From contig DAHXLB010000026.1 in assembly GCA_027371855.1 (NCBI GenBank), positions 1 through 55,633 of the forward strand: DNA of 55,633 nt, in the 5' to 3' direction. Of this stretch, positions 15,608 through 25,326 are shown piece by piece (the first letter of the stretch is position 1; each line of letters opens with the position of its first letter). This DNA is from a bacterium. GTDB taxonomy: Bacteria; Patescibacteriota; Dojkabacteria; JAKAPS01; JAJZLI01. The notes beneath the pieces are model-generated. The model searched no databases. It saw only the letters and a list, made by a program, of their open reading frames with translations, and was not told the origin of the DNA. The translations under genes were made by a program, and so were the position numbers.

Positions 15608-18018
15608 TGAAAATATCTTTAAGTCTGATAAAAGAATACACATATATTCCTGATAATAAAAAGTCTCTGTATGACCTTATAGACGAATTTGCAAAAAAAT
15701 CAGTAGATGTTGATGAAATAAGAGAATATCCTAATTTTGGAGAGGATATTATTATAGGGGAAGTAAAAGAGATTTATAAACATAAAAATGCAGATAGACT
15801 TTATGTAACAAAAGTAGATATAAAGGATAAGGAAATTCAAATAGTGACAGGAGCGCCTAATGTGTACAAAGGAATGATAGTCCCTGTAGTACTAGAAGGT
15901 AGTGAGATAAATGGACAAAAAATTGAGAAACATGATTTCAGAGGAGAGGCATCTTACGGCATGATGTGTTCAGAAAAAGAATTAGGATTAGGAGAAAATC
16001 ATTCTGGCATTCTTGACCTTGGATCTAGATCCTTTGAATCTAGGTCTGGATATAAATCAATAGGATCATTATTTACAGATCATATTGGAGAGAGTCTACA
16101 AAGCATAATAAAAGATACAATAATAGATATTGATAATAAGGTTATATCTCAAAGAGGAGATTTATTTTCTCATCATGGTATTGCAAGAGAATTTGCTACT
16201 ATAGAGCATAAGCCTTTTAGTGAAAGAATTATAACTCCTATAAAAACTAACAAAAGAAATAACTTGAAGGTTACTATTGAAGATAAAAATTTTTGTAACA
16301 GATATTGTGCCATTACCATTGATAATATAAAGGTAGAAGAATCTCCTTTCTGGATCAGAGAGAGATTAAAAAATTTAGGCATAAAACCTATAAATAATAT
16401 AGTAGATATAACAAACTATGTAATGGTGAATTTAGGACAACCATTGCATGCTTTTGATGTTTCTAAAATATCAGAAAATACTGATCTTGAAATAAAAGTA
16501 AGAAAAGCAAAACAAAATGAAGAAATCACAACGTTAGATTCTAAAAAAAGGGTATTAACGAAAAATAATTATGTTATTGCAACAAAAAATAAAAGTATTG
16601 GTATAGCAGGAGTTATGGGAGGAAAAGAATCAGAGATAGATGAAAGTACACAAAGTATATTGCTAGAAAGTGCATCTTTTAATCCTTTACTTGTAAGGAA
16701 AAGTGCAAAATCAGTAAATATAAGATCTGAAGCTGTATTAAGGTATGAGAAAGGGATTTCACAATCATTAACACTAAAAGCATTAAATTATGCAGTAGAA
16801 TTAATATTGCAAAATACCACAGGTGAAATATCAAGCTCTGTTACTGATATTGTTACAAACAAAGTAGTGGCTGATTTAATTATAAAATTAGATATTTCTA
16901 AAATAGAAAAGGTCTTAGGAATGGAAATCCCCTTAAAAGATACTTCTAATATATTAGCAAGTTTAAATATTAAAAATAAACAGGTTGGAAATTTTATGGT
17001 TGCTACTATACCTGATGAGAGATTAGATATAAAAGAAGATATTGACCTTATTGAGGAGATTGGAAGAATATATGGCTATGAAAATATTGATATAGAGGAA
17101 CCTAATATGAAAGTTATGTCTGTTAGAAAGAATGTAGTGTTTGATATAAATAACAAAATAATAAGTATAATAGCATCACTAGGTGGTTATGAAATAAAGA
17201 CATATTCATTTATAAACCAAGATCTAATGAATAAATCTTTAATAGAGACTGATGCAATAAAGATTTTGAACCCTATATCTCCAGATTTTGATCTTTTAAG
17301 ACCATCGTTGATACCATCTGTAATTTATACGGTAAGTAATAATCAAAGGCACAAAGATACCTTCATTCTTTATGAGATAGCTAATGTTTACCTAAAGAAT
17401 AATGATCTTCAACCGAAAGAAGAACGACACCTTATAGCTGCATATTTTAGTAAAGATAAGGAGGAACCATTTTTCTATATGAAGAGAGTACTTGATACCA
17501 TTAATACATACTTAAATTTAACTAATATTTTTGAATATAGAAATAAAGCTGAAAAACCATTTTTTAAAAATAAAAGTAGTAAGATTTATATAGATGGAGA
17601 CTACATAGGTGAGATAGGAGATATAAGTTCTGCTGTTAAAGAAAATTTTGGAATATATGGTAACTTATCAATATTTGACATAAATATAGATAATTTACAT
17701 AATAAAATAAATAAATTTATTAGTATAAAAGATATTTCTAAATTTCCAGAAATTAAAGAAGATATAACAATATTATATAAAAATAAAATCAATTTAAAAG
17801 ATATATTAGATAAGATTAACGATACAAATCTAAGAACAAAAGAGATTATAGATATTTACAAAGGTAGTAAAATAAATACTGATGAAATTAGTATAACATT
17901 AAGGTTGATATTTGAGAATTTTGAGAGGACTTTTTTAGGAACTGAAATAAAAGAAAAAATAGATAATATAAAAAGTATTTTGTCAGAAAATTTTAAAGAT
18001 AATATTACTTTCCGTTAA
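15607..18018 (+). CDS. pheT: Phenylalanyl-tRNA synthetase beta subunit
   Basis: 803 aa with an N-terminal tRNA-binding (OB) domain, B3/4 and B5 domains, and a FDX-ACB-like C-terminus. ATGA overlap with pheS. Confidence 0.92.
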   Translation: MKISLSLIKEYTYIPDNKKSLYDLIDEFAKKSVDVDEIREYPNFGEDIIIGEVKEIYKHKNADRLYVTKVDIKDKEIQIVTGAPNVYKGMIVPVVLEGSEINGQKIEKHDFRGEASYGMMCSEKELGLGENHSGILDLGSRSFESRSGYKSIGSLFTDHIGESLQSIIKDTIIDIDNKVISQRGDLFSHHGIAREFATIEHKPFSERIITPIKTNKRNNLKVTIEDKNFCNRYCAITIDNIKVEESPFWIRERLKNLGIKPINNIVDITNYVMVNLGQPLHAFDVSKISENTDLEIKVRKAKQNEEITTLDSKKRVLTKNNYVIATKNKSIGIAGVMGGKESEIDESTQSILLESASFNPLLVRKSAKSVNIRSEAVLRYEKGISQSLTLKALNYAVELILQNTTGEISSSVTDIVTNKVVADLIIKLDISKIEKVLGMEIPLKDTSNILASLNIKNKQVGNFMVATIPDERLDIKEDIDLIEEIGRIYGYENIDIEEPNMKVMSVRKNVVFDINNKIISIIASLGGYEIKTYSFINQDLMNKSLIETDAIKILNPISPDFDLLRPSLIPSVIYTVSNNQRHKDTFILYEIANVYLKNNDLQPKEERHLIAAYFSKDKEEPFFYMKRVLDTINTYLNLTNIFEYRNKAEKPFFKNKSSKIYIDGDYIGEIGDISSAVKENFGIYGNLSIFDINIDNLHNKINKFISIKDISKFPEIKEDITILYKNKINLKDILDKINDTNLRTKEIIDIYKGSKINTDEISITLRLIFENFERTFLGTEIKEKIDNIKSILSENFKDNITFR
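16018..16050. repeat. Two 15-bp palindromic modules inside pheT (GGATCTAGATCC / GAATCTAGGTCT)
   Basis: cttGGATCTAGATCCtttGAATCTAGGTCTgga encodes LGSRSFESRSG. Confidence 0.8.
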
Positions 18019-18069
18019 TATCTTAGACAAATCTACATACCATTAGTAATCATTAGAAAAAAGTTTTAT

Positions 18070-20736
18070 TTAAGAAGAAACATTTATAGGAATGTTAATC
18101 GTTCCAGTATTTCCACCATTAGAGACTGTTATAACAACCATATATTGAGTAGTTTGTCCAGAAGGTGATTGTGGTGTAGGTACTGGTATGTTAAAGCTAG
18201 AAGTCCCAGCTACAAGTGAAGTAGAACTAGATTCTACTGATGTACCAGAAGAATTGTTAATATTTACGCTAACTGAAGTGCTTGAGGTCAAGGATACCGA
18301 AGATTGAGCAGGAATAGTACCTTGAATATTTATATTAACAGGGCCTGATGTAAAGTTTTCATTGGTTACTGGATTTGACACATTAATCTGTATAGTACCA
18401 CTCGAAGATGATACAGGAGCTGGACTCGTACAGTATGTTGTGGGTAGGTTATATGTAGGACCTGCAGACTTCTCCCATGCATCTAATGCAGGTTGAAATA
18501 TAGGAGAATATTCTTGAAGTTGAATAAATACTTTCTGTACATAGTTTCCTGATGCTATATCACTTGCTGTAGCAAGCTGTGTAGGATCTTGCGAGCATAC
18601 ATCTTTTACAATATTTACATTATCTGGTTTAGGAAGTTGACCTTGCGCAAAATGTGCTACAACCTTATTGCAATCTGTTGTAGAAGATGCCAAAAGTCCA
18701 CTATCTGAACATACCATAGCTGTAGTGACTCCAGGAGGGGATTGGAATGGATGACTTGCAGGCATCATTGGTAATACCTTCAACATATATGAATTCCAGA
18801 AAGAAGATAAATCTTCTCCCCATGAATTACCAGTTGTAGGCGCATTATTATCATTTCCTGCCCAGAGCCCTGTAGCCAAAGATTGAGTGTAGCCCATTAG
18901 AACTAAATCTCTATTACTATTCGTAGTACCAGTTTTTGCTGCTATAGCATTAACATAACCCTTATATAGCGGGGAAGGAGAGTAATACAAAGTAGGGAAT
19001 TGAGATATTATTCTATCTACAAGATAGGTATATCGTGTTTGTACTACTTTTGTTCCAGAATTTTGTGGATTGTATTGATAAATGATTTTTCCTTGAGGGT
19101 TTACAATCTTTAAAATTGATATTGTAGGATATTTTACTCCTCCATTTGCTAAAACTCCATATGCTTCAGTATTCTGTAACAAAGTAGTATCTGCAGCACC
19201 AATTGCTATAGAAAGATCATTTTGATAGGTAGACAATCCAGTAAATCCAAATTTATGTAATTCTGTTATAAATTTTGAAGTACCTAAAGCATATAACGTT
19301 TTAACTGCAGGCACATTCCTTGATTCTCTTAGTGCTGTAGTAATATTCATAGGCCCATTGTAAACATTATTCCAATCTGTTGGAGAATAACCATTAATAT
19401 TTATATATAAATCTGGCATAAAAGTTGAAGGAGCAAAACCTAGATCCTGAAATGCAGTTAAATATAGGAATGGTTTTATGGATGATCCAGGCTGTCTTGG
19501 GGCAAGAGCAGCGTTAAAATCACCATTCATCTGACCGTTATACAAAGACACTCCATATTTATATGCACCTACCATTGCCAAAATTTCTCCATTATTCGGA
19601 TCTACTGATACGAGAGACCCATTATGAGCATTTAAACCAGATGATACAAGATAATTTACTGCACTAGTCACTGTAGATTGAGCTACTTGTTGCATTTTCC
19701 AAGACAAGGTTGTGTATACTTTCCAACCCCCATCTTGTACTGCACTTATACCATATTTTTGTTCAAGTTGATTTTTCACATAATACACAAACCATGGATC
19801 TTTTATATTCTGAGAAAGACTTGAAGTGTTGTATTGCATATGTAAAAGTTGTTTTTTTGCTTGAGTAACTTGTGCTGCAGTAACCCCAGTTTCACTTTTG
19901 TCAGCCAACATTTGGTTTAAGACATAATCTGCCCTTGGAATAGCATATTTTGGATTAGTACCAAACAAAGGAGAATAAAATGAAGGAGCTTGTATTATAC
20001 CTGCAAGCATAGCACACTGGGCTAGGGTAAGTTGGTTAGGGTTTTTACCAAAGTAATCTTGAGATGCAACTTGAATACCATATGCATTACCTCCAAAATA
20101 CACCTCATTTAAATATGCTTCCAGCACTTGTTGTTTACTATATTTCTGAGAAATTTCTATAGTTAAAATAATTTCTTCCAATTTCCTTTGGAAAGTTCTT
20201 TGAGAGGATAACACAGTATCTTTAACAAGTTGTTGAGTTATAGTACTACCTCCTTGGAGACCCGGAGAACGCAATATAAAATCATGGTAGAAAGCTCTAG
20301 CTATGCCCGTAAATGATATCCCAAAAGGTTCATGATAAAAATTTTTATCTTCTGCTGCTATTACAGCCCACTGCATAGTTTTTGATACTTGATTAATATT
20401 TACCCATTCTCTATTTTGAGACCCATGAAATGCATAAAGTAGAGTTCCACCTCTTGAGTAAATACTGGTAGTTTGAGCATAAGAACGAGTAAATGGAGTT
20501 CCAGGAGGTGGTAATTCATTTGCATATTTTATAACAAGGATAGTTAATCCTATAGCTCCAATTAAAAATATTAATATCACTGCCATTAGTGATATTTTAA
20601 ATATTTTTTTTATAAGTCTTTTATTTTTACTATCTGTGTTTTTCTTAGCCTTAACAGTACGTAGAGCCCTGGAACCTGAAACAGAGGCACTATTTCTCCT
20701 ATTTTTAGCTGTCAACAAAAATTTTCTAATCTTCAT
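18070..20736 (-). CDS. Class A penicillin-binding protein (transglycosylase + transpeptidase) with Ser/Thr/Asn-rich C-terminal extension
   Basis: 888 aa. N-terminal TM anchor, GT51 motifs (AAEDKNFYHEPFG, GGSTITQQL), transpeptidase SxxK (PGSSIKP) and KTGTT. Confidence 0.9.
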   Translation of the reverse strand: MKIRKFLLTAKNRRNSASVSGSRALRTVKAKKNTDSKNKRLIKKIFKISLMAVILIFLIGAIGLTILVIKYANELPPPGTPFTRSYAQTTSIYSRGGTLLYAFHGSQNREWVNINQVSKTMQWAVIAAEDKNFYHEPFGISFTGIARAFYHDFILRSPGLQGGSTITQQLVKDTVLSSQRTFQRKLEEIILTIEISQKYSKQQVLEAYLNEVYFGGNAYGIQVASQDYFGKNPNQLTLAQCAMLAGIIQAPSFYSPLFGTNPKYAIPRADYVLNQMLADKSETGVTAAQVTQAKKQLLHMQYNTSSLSQNIKDPWFVYYVKNQLEQKYGISAVQDGGWKVYTTLSWKMQQVAQSTVTSAVNYLVSSGLNAHNGSLVSVDPNNGEILAMVGAYKYGVSLYNGQMNGDFNAALAPRQPGSSIKPFLYLTAFQDLGFAPSTFMPDLYININGYSPTDWNNVYNGPMNITTALRESRNVPAVKTLYALGTSKFITELHKFGFTGLSTYQNDLSIAIGAADTTLLQNTEAYGVLANGGVKYPTISILKIVNPQGKIIYQYNPQNSGTKVVQTRYTYLVDRIISQFPTLYYSPSPLYKGYVNAIAAKTGTTNSNRDLVLMGYTQSLATGLWAGNDNNAPTTGNSWGEDLSSFWNSYMLKVLPMMPASHPFQSPPGVTTAMVCSDSGLLASSTTDCNKVVAHFAQGQLPKPDNVNIVKDVCSQDPTQLATASDIASGNYVQKVFIQLQEYSPIFQPALDAWEKSAGPTYNLPTTYCTSPAPVSSSSGTIQINVSNPVTNENFTSGPVNINIQGTIPAQSSVSLTSSTSVSVNINNSSGTSVESSSTSLVAGTSSFNIPVPTPQSPSGQTTQYMVVITVSNGGNTGTINIPINVSS

Positions 20737-20748
20737 ATATACTTTGAA

Positions 20749-20757
20749 ATTATATCA
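20749..20757 (-). promoter_or_regulatory. Extended -10 element TGATATAAT upstream of the PBP gene
   Basis: The minus strand reads TGATATAAT, followed by 12 nt and then ATG (20736). No Shine-Dalgarno sequence. Confidence 0.45.
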
Positions 20758-20807
20758 TATTTTCTGTTATGATATACATAGTTTTATTATAATATAATGT
20801 AAAAAAT

Positions 20808-22013
20808 ATGAAAGAAGAAGATAAAAAAAAGTTAATACTCGATAGAGCAACATTTAGGGTAATAACAAAAAAGGAGCTTGAAAATTCATTGGATAGTAAT
20901 AAGACACTACGTATAAAATTTGGTATTGACCCTACGGCATCTCAAATACATCTTGGTAGAGCATCTACTATACAAAGATTAAGAGATTTTCAAGATTTGG
21001 GACATAAAGTTGTTTTAATTATTGGTGATTTTACAGCAAAAGTAGGGGATGCATCGGATAAAGATAGTGAAAGAAAGGTTATCACTGAGAATGAAATAAG
21101 AGAAAATTTCAAAACTTATGAAACTCAGCTTAAAAAGATTCTAGATTTATCTAAAGTAGAGTATAGATATAATTCAGAGTGGTTAGAGAAATTTAATTTT
21201 TCTAGTATCCTTGATATATCTAAGCACTTTACAGTAGCCCAGCTTATTGAGAGAGAAAACTTTATAGATAGATATAAAAATCACAAACCAATAGGACTTC
21301 ATGAATTTTTATATCCAATAATGCAAGGTTATGACTCAGTAGCAATAAAATCAGATGTAGAACTAGGAGGCTCTGATCAGTTATTTAATATTTTAGCAGG
21401 TCGAGAAATACAAGGTTATTTTAATATGAAGAAACAAGTATGTTTAACTAAAAAACTTCTATCTGGGACTGATGGGAGAAAAATGTCTTCATCTTGGGGT
21501 AATGTTATAAATATAACGGATCAACCTAATGATATATATGGTAAAGTTATGAGCATAAGAGATAGTGTAATTATAGAATATTTTAATATAGCAACAAGGG
21601 TAAGTACCGAGGATATAAAGAACATAGAAAAAGATCTCAATGAGTCAACAAGTTCTGGAATTATGGATATAAAAAAGGTTCTGGCATATGAGATAACTGC
21701 TTTATATTCAACAAAAAAAGATGCAATAAAAGCAGAGAATAATTTTAAAAAAACTGTACAAGAAAAACAAGTTATATCTGATGATCTGATATTGGTCAAA
21801 GTAGATAAAAAGAAAGCGAGAATAATTGATCTTATAACATCTCTAACTGGACAAATTCCTTCAAAAGCAGATGCTAGAAGACTAATAAAAAGTGGTGGAG
21901 TATATATAGATAATGTAAGAATAAATGATGTAAATTTAGAAATTGATATGAAATCTGGTATGATTGTGAAGGTAGGTAAAAGAAATTTAGTAAAGATTAA
22001 GACTACTTTCTAA
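20808..22013 (+). CDS. tyrS: Tyrosyl-tRNA synthetase
   Basis: 401 aa with a HIGH-type motif (SQIHLGR), a KMSSS (KMSKS) motif and a C-terminal S4-like domain (ADARRLIKSGGVYIDN). Confidence 0.9.
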   Translation: MKEEDKKKLILDRATFRVITKKELENSLDSNKTLRIKFGIDPTASQIHLGRASTIQRLRDFQDLGHKVVLIIGDFTAKVGDASDKDSERKVITENEIRENFKTYETQLKKILDLSKVEYRYNSEWLEKFNFSSILDISKHFTVAQLIERENFIDRYKNHKPIGLHEFLYPIMQGYDSVAIKSDVELGGSDQLFNILAGREIQGYFNMKKQVCLTKKLLSGTDGRKMSSSWGNVINITDQPNDIYGKVMSIRDSVIIEYFNIATRVSTEDIKNIEKDLNESTSSGIMDIKKVLAYEITALYSTKKDAIKAENNFKKTVQEKQVISDDLILVKVDKKKARIIDLITSLTGQIPSKADARRLIKSGGVYIDNVRINDVNLEIDMKSGMIVKVGKRNLVKIKTTF

Positions 22014-22023
22014 ACAAAATATT

Positions 22024-22137
22024 ATGGCTAGAAGAAATTTTTTTCAAAAACATGAAAAAAAAATATTTGTAGTAATCATGGGACTTACTATAATAGCTCT
22101 GCTACTATCAACTCTCCTTGCTATCTATAACCAATAA
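22024..22137 (+). CDS. Possible small membrane protein (37 aa)
   Basis: Below the ORF-track size cut-off. MARRNFFQKHEKKIFVVIMGLTIIALLLSTLLAIYNQ has a basic N-terminus plus one hydrophobic helix. It fills the tyrS-recG gap. Confidence 0.3.
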   Translation: MARRNFFQKHEKKIFVVIMGLTIIALLLSTLLAIYNQ

Positions 22138-22139
22138 TT

Positions 22140-24125
22140 ATGGGGCTAGATGATCCTGTATCTAATGTCTATTACATAGGTATAAAATATTCAGAATTGT
22201 TAAAAAAATTGAATATATTAACTCTTAGAGACCTCCTATATTACTATCCAATAAAGTATGAAGACTCTAGAAATATAAAAAAAATAGCAAATATTGTACC
22301 CCAAGATATAAATATTGTAAAAGGGAAGATAAAAAATATAAAAAATATCTATACAAGGAACAGAAAAAATATAACTACCGCAGAAATAGAAGATTCTACT
22401 GGGACTTCTGATATTATATGGTTTAATCAAAAATATATAATAAATAATATAAAAATAGGGGATGAGGTTATTATTATAGGAAAGACTGATATAAAAAAGG
22501 GTAGATTTGTATTCATGTCACCAAAATTTGAGGTATTAAAAAATACGGAGACAGTACATTTTGGTAGAATAACTCCTGTATATAGTCAAACCAAAGGCAT
22601 TACTTCAAAATGGTTAAGATCAAGAATAAAAACACTATTATCAAATTTTAATATAGAAGAAGATTATCTCCCTTTAAACATAAGGAAAAAATATAATCTT
22701 ACCACAATAAAAGATGCTCTTTTTAAACTACATTTTCCAAATAGTTTTGATGATATAACGGAAGCAAAAAAAAGATTAGGTTTTGAAGAAATATTATATA
22801 TACAGATGATCTCTCACATGAGAAAACAAGAGAGAGAAAAAAGGTCTGCATATAAAATATCTATTGATGAGGAAAAAATACAAGATTTTGTATCAAGTCT
22901 TGATTTTACTCTAACAAATGCGCAAAGGAGAAGTATAAATGAAATATATGAAGATATAAAAAGAGGAATTCCAATGAATAGATTGTTAGAGGGAGACGTA
23001 GGATCGGGAAAAACAATTGTTGCTGTCATTGCAGCATATACTATGTATTTAAATAATCTTCAAACTGCAATAATGGTTCCAACTTCAATTTTAGCCAAGC
23101 AGCATTATTCTTCTTTTAAAAAATATCTACAATCCAAGGGAGTAAAAGTTGAAATAGTGACTTCTTTATCAAAAAAAATAGACAAATCAGCTTCTGTATT
23201 TATAGGAACACAAGCACTTCTACAAGATAAAGATATTTTTAAAAAGTTAGGTCTGATTATAATAGATGAACAGCATCGTTTTGGTGTAAGACAAAGAGAA
23301 ACCTTAATTTCAAAAGGTATTGATCCTCACATACTAACAATGACTGCAACACCTATTCCAAGAACACTTGCTTTAGGAATATATGGAGATCTAGATATAT
23401 CAATACTCGATGAGAAACCAGAAGGTAGAATTGATGTTAAAACATATATAGTTAGTGATAAAAAAAGAAATGATGCATACAATTTTATAAGGGAGAAAGT
23501 TAATAGTGGTGAACAGGCATTTATATTATGTCCTTTAATTACAGAATCTGAAAAACTACAACTTAAGAACGTGGAAGATGAATATAAGGTATTGAAGGAT
23601 GTAGTCTTTAAGGATCTAAAAGTAGGATTATTACATGGAAAATTAAAAAATAAAGATAGGATATTAAGAGATTTTTCAAATGGTGATTATGATATATTAG
23701 TTTCAACTCCAGTAATAGAGGTGGGTATTGATATAAAGGATGCTACAGTTATTTTAATAGAAGATGCAGACAGGTATGGGCTTGCGCAGCTTCATCAATT
23801 AAGAGGTAGAATAGGGAGATCTGATAAAGAATCATACTGCTTATTATTCACTACAAAAGGATATAATGAACGATTAGAGTTTTTTAGGAAAAACAATAAT
23901 GGTTTAGAACTTGCAGAATTTGATCTTATGAAAAGAGGTCCTGGAGAGATATACGGAGTACATCAGTCAGGAACTCCAGATTTGAAAATGGCATCATTAA
24001 TAGATGTAGAGCTCATAAAGATGACAAAAGAAGCAGTTACTGATATTATAATGGATTTAGATAAGTATCCAAAACTAAAATCAAAAATTAGGGAAGCACA
24101 GGATAAAATATTGCAAATTAATTAA
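22140..24125 (+). CDS. recG: ATP-dependent DNA helicase RecG
   Basis: 661 aa with a wedge/OB N-domain, Walker A GDVGSGKT, DEQHRFG, TATPIPRTL and QLRGRIGR motifs. Confidence 0.93.
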   Translation: MGLDDPVSNVYYIGIKYSELLKKLNILTLRDLLYYYPIKYEDSRNIKKIANIVPQDINIVKGKIKNIKNIYTRNRKNITTAEIEDSTGTSDIIWFNQKYIINNIKIGDEVIIIGKTDIKKGRFVFMSPKFEVLKNTETVHFGRITPVYSQTKGITSKWLRSRIKTLLSNFNIEEDYLPLNIRKKYNLTTIKDALFKLHFPNSFDDITEAKKRLGFEEILYIQMISHMRKQEREKRSAYKISIDEEKIQDFVSSLDFTLTNAQRRSINEIYEDIKRGIPMNRLLEGDVGSGKTIVAVIAAYTMYLNNLQTAIMVPTSILAKQHYSSFKKYLQSKGVKVEIVTSLSKKIDKSASVFIGTQALLQDKDIFKKLGLIIIDEQHRFGVRQRETLISKGIDPHILTMTATPIPRTLALGIYGDLDISILDEKPEGRIDVKTYIVSDKKRNDAYNFIREKVNSGEQAFILCPLITESEKLQLKNVEDEYKVLKDVVFKDLKVGLLHGKLKNKDRILRDFSNGDYDILVSTPVIEVGIDIKDATVILIEDADRYGLAQLHQLRGRIGRSDKESYCLLFTTKGYNERLEFFRKNNNGLELAEFDLMKRGPGEIYGVHQSGTPDLKMASLIDVELIKMTKEAVTDIIMDLDKYPKLKSKIREAQDKILQIN

Positions 24126-24143
24126 TTTTACAAATCTATATAT

Positions 24144-24707
24144 ATGAATCTAAAAGTAATAGCAGGAACTGCAAAAAGAACAAATTTAAAATTTGTTACA
24201 AAACACACAAGACCATTATCATCCAGAGCCAAGTCTGCGTTATTCTCCATAATAGCTCCTATTATCCCAAAATCAGTGGTTCTTGATCTTTATGCCGGAT
24301 CTGGAGCACTAGGTATAGAAGCATTATCTAGAGGTGCTGAGTATGCTGAATTTGTTGATATAGAAAAAACTGTTACTGCAGTTATAAAAGAAAACTTAAA
24401 AAGAGCTAAACTAGATGAGAAAGCAGAAGTTTTTACAATGCCAGCCCAAATATATTTAAGAGACATGAAAAATCAAGATCCCAAAAATTATAAATTATTT
24501 GATATTATTTTTATATTCCAACCATACGAAATAACAGATACAAAAATACTAAGGGAGGCTTGGAGAGTACTTAATAAGGATGGAATTATAGTATTTGAGA
24601 AAGAAAATAAAAGGGAGATTGAAAAGGTTAAAGGGTTTGATATTGTAGATACAAGACACTATGGTAACATAGGGATGGTTTTTTATAAAAAACAAGATAA
24701 AAATTGA
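24144..24707 (+). CDS. rsmD: 16S rRNA (guanine966-N2)-methyltransferase RsmD-like
   Basis: 187 aa with TRPLSSRAKSALFSI, the DLYAGSGALGIEALSRGA SAM motif, and a FIFQPY variant of the RsmD DPPY motif. Confidence 0.8.
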   Translation: MNLKVIAGTAKRTNLKFVTKHTRPLSSRAKSALFSIIAPIIPKSVVLDLYAGSGALGIEALSRGAEYAEFVDIEKTVTAVIKENLKRAKLDEKAEVFTMPAQIYLRDMKNQDPKNYKLFDIIFIFQPYEITDTKILREAWRVLNKDGIIVFEKENKREIEKVKGFDIVDTRHYGNIGMVFYKKQDKN

Positions 24708-24733
24708 CATTAAAAGACTCTACATTATATAAT
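24704..24733 (+). promoter_or_regulatory. Consensus sigma70-type promoter for rpmF, inside the rsmD 3' end
   Basis: TTGACA (24704-24709), an 18-nt spacer, then TATAAT (24728-24733). The ATG lies 6 nt downstream. Confidence 0.6.
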
Positions 24734-24739
24734 AGCCTC

Positions 24740-24916
24740 ATGTCTGCAGTACCAAAAAGAAGAATTTCTCACAGAAGAAAAAACAACAGAAGATCACATG
24801 ATGCATTAAAGTTGCCTAATTTAGGTATATGCCCAGATTGTAAGGCGCAAGTTATGATGCATAATGCATGCACAAATTGTGGTAAATATAAAGGAAAAGC
24901 AGTTCTCCCTATATAG
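24740..24916 (+). CDS. rpmF: 50S ribosomal protein L32
   Basis: MSAVPKRRISHRRKNNRRSH plus a CPDC...CTNC zinc ribbon. 58 aa from ATG 24740. The ORF-track start at 24704 is the TTG of the -35 box. Confidence 0.9.
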   Translation: MSAVPKRRISHRRKNNRRSHDALKLPNLGICPDCKAQVMMHNACTNCGKYKGKAVLPI

Positions 24917-24918
24917 TA

Positions 24919-25323
24919 ATGAAATCTAAAGAAGATCCTAGACACTTATCAAGAATAATAGCAGTTCAGACACTTTTTAACAGTGTATTTTCAAAATCTA
25001 CAGTTTTTTCAAGCTCAGATATATCCAAAATAGATAAAAATAGTAGTTTTAATAAAAAACTATTTAAAACTTTAATTACTGGTGTGTCTGATAATAGCGA
25101 CCAAATATATGAAATAATTAAAAAAGCAAGCTTAGAGAGACCATTTTCAAAAATAAATACACTAGATATGCAAATATTAAGGATAGCAGTATATGAGGGA
25201 TTTATAGGTAAAATAACACCACCAAAAGTATCTATTGATGAAGCTATAGAGATAGCTAAGGATTTTGGAGATAAATCTAGTGATAAATTTGTTAGTGGAG
25301 TATTAGGGAATTTAATGAAATAA
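24919..25323 (+). CDS. nusB: Transcription antitermination factor NusB
   Basis: 134 aa with RHLSRIIAVQTLF, ILRIAVYE, IDEAIEIAK and FVSGVLGN motifs. Confidence 0.85.
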   Translation: MKSKEDPRHLSRIIAVQTLFNSVFSKSTVFSSSDISKIDKNSSFNKKLFKTLITGVSDNSDQIYEIIKKASLERPFSKINTLDMQILRIAVYEGFIGKITPPKVSIDEAIEIAKDFGDKSSDKFVSGVLGNLMK

Positions 25324-25326
25324 AAA

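Noticed and set aside
24705-24707. Alternative genetic code (UGA as Gly, as in Gracilibacteria/Absconditabacteria)
   Set aside because: TGA terminates several well-defined genes at the expected protein length (rsmD at 24705-24707, rpsP at 26210-26212, ORF 12357..12815). Long housekeeping ORFs are intact under the standard code.
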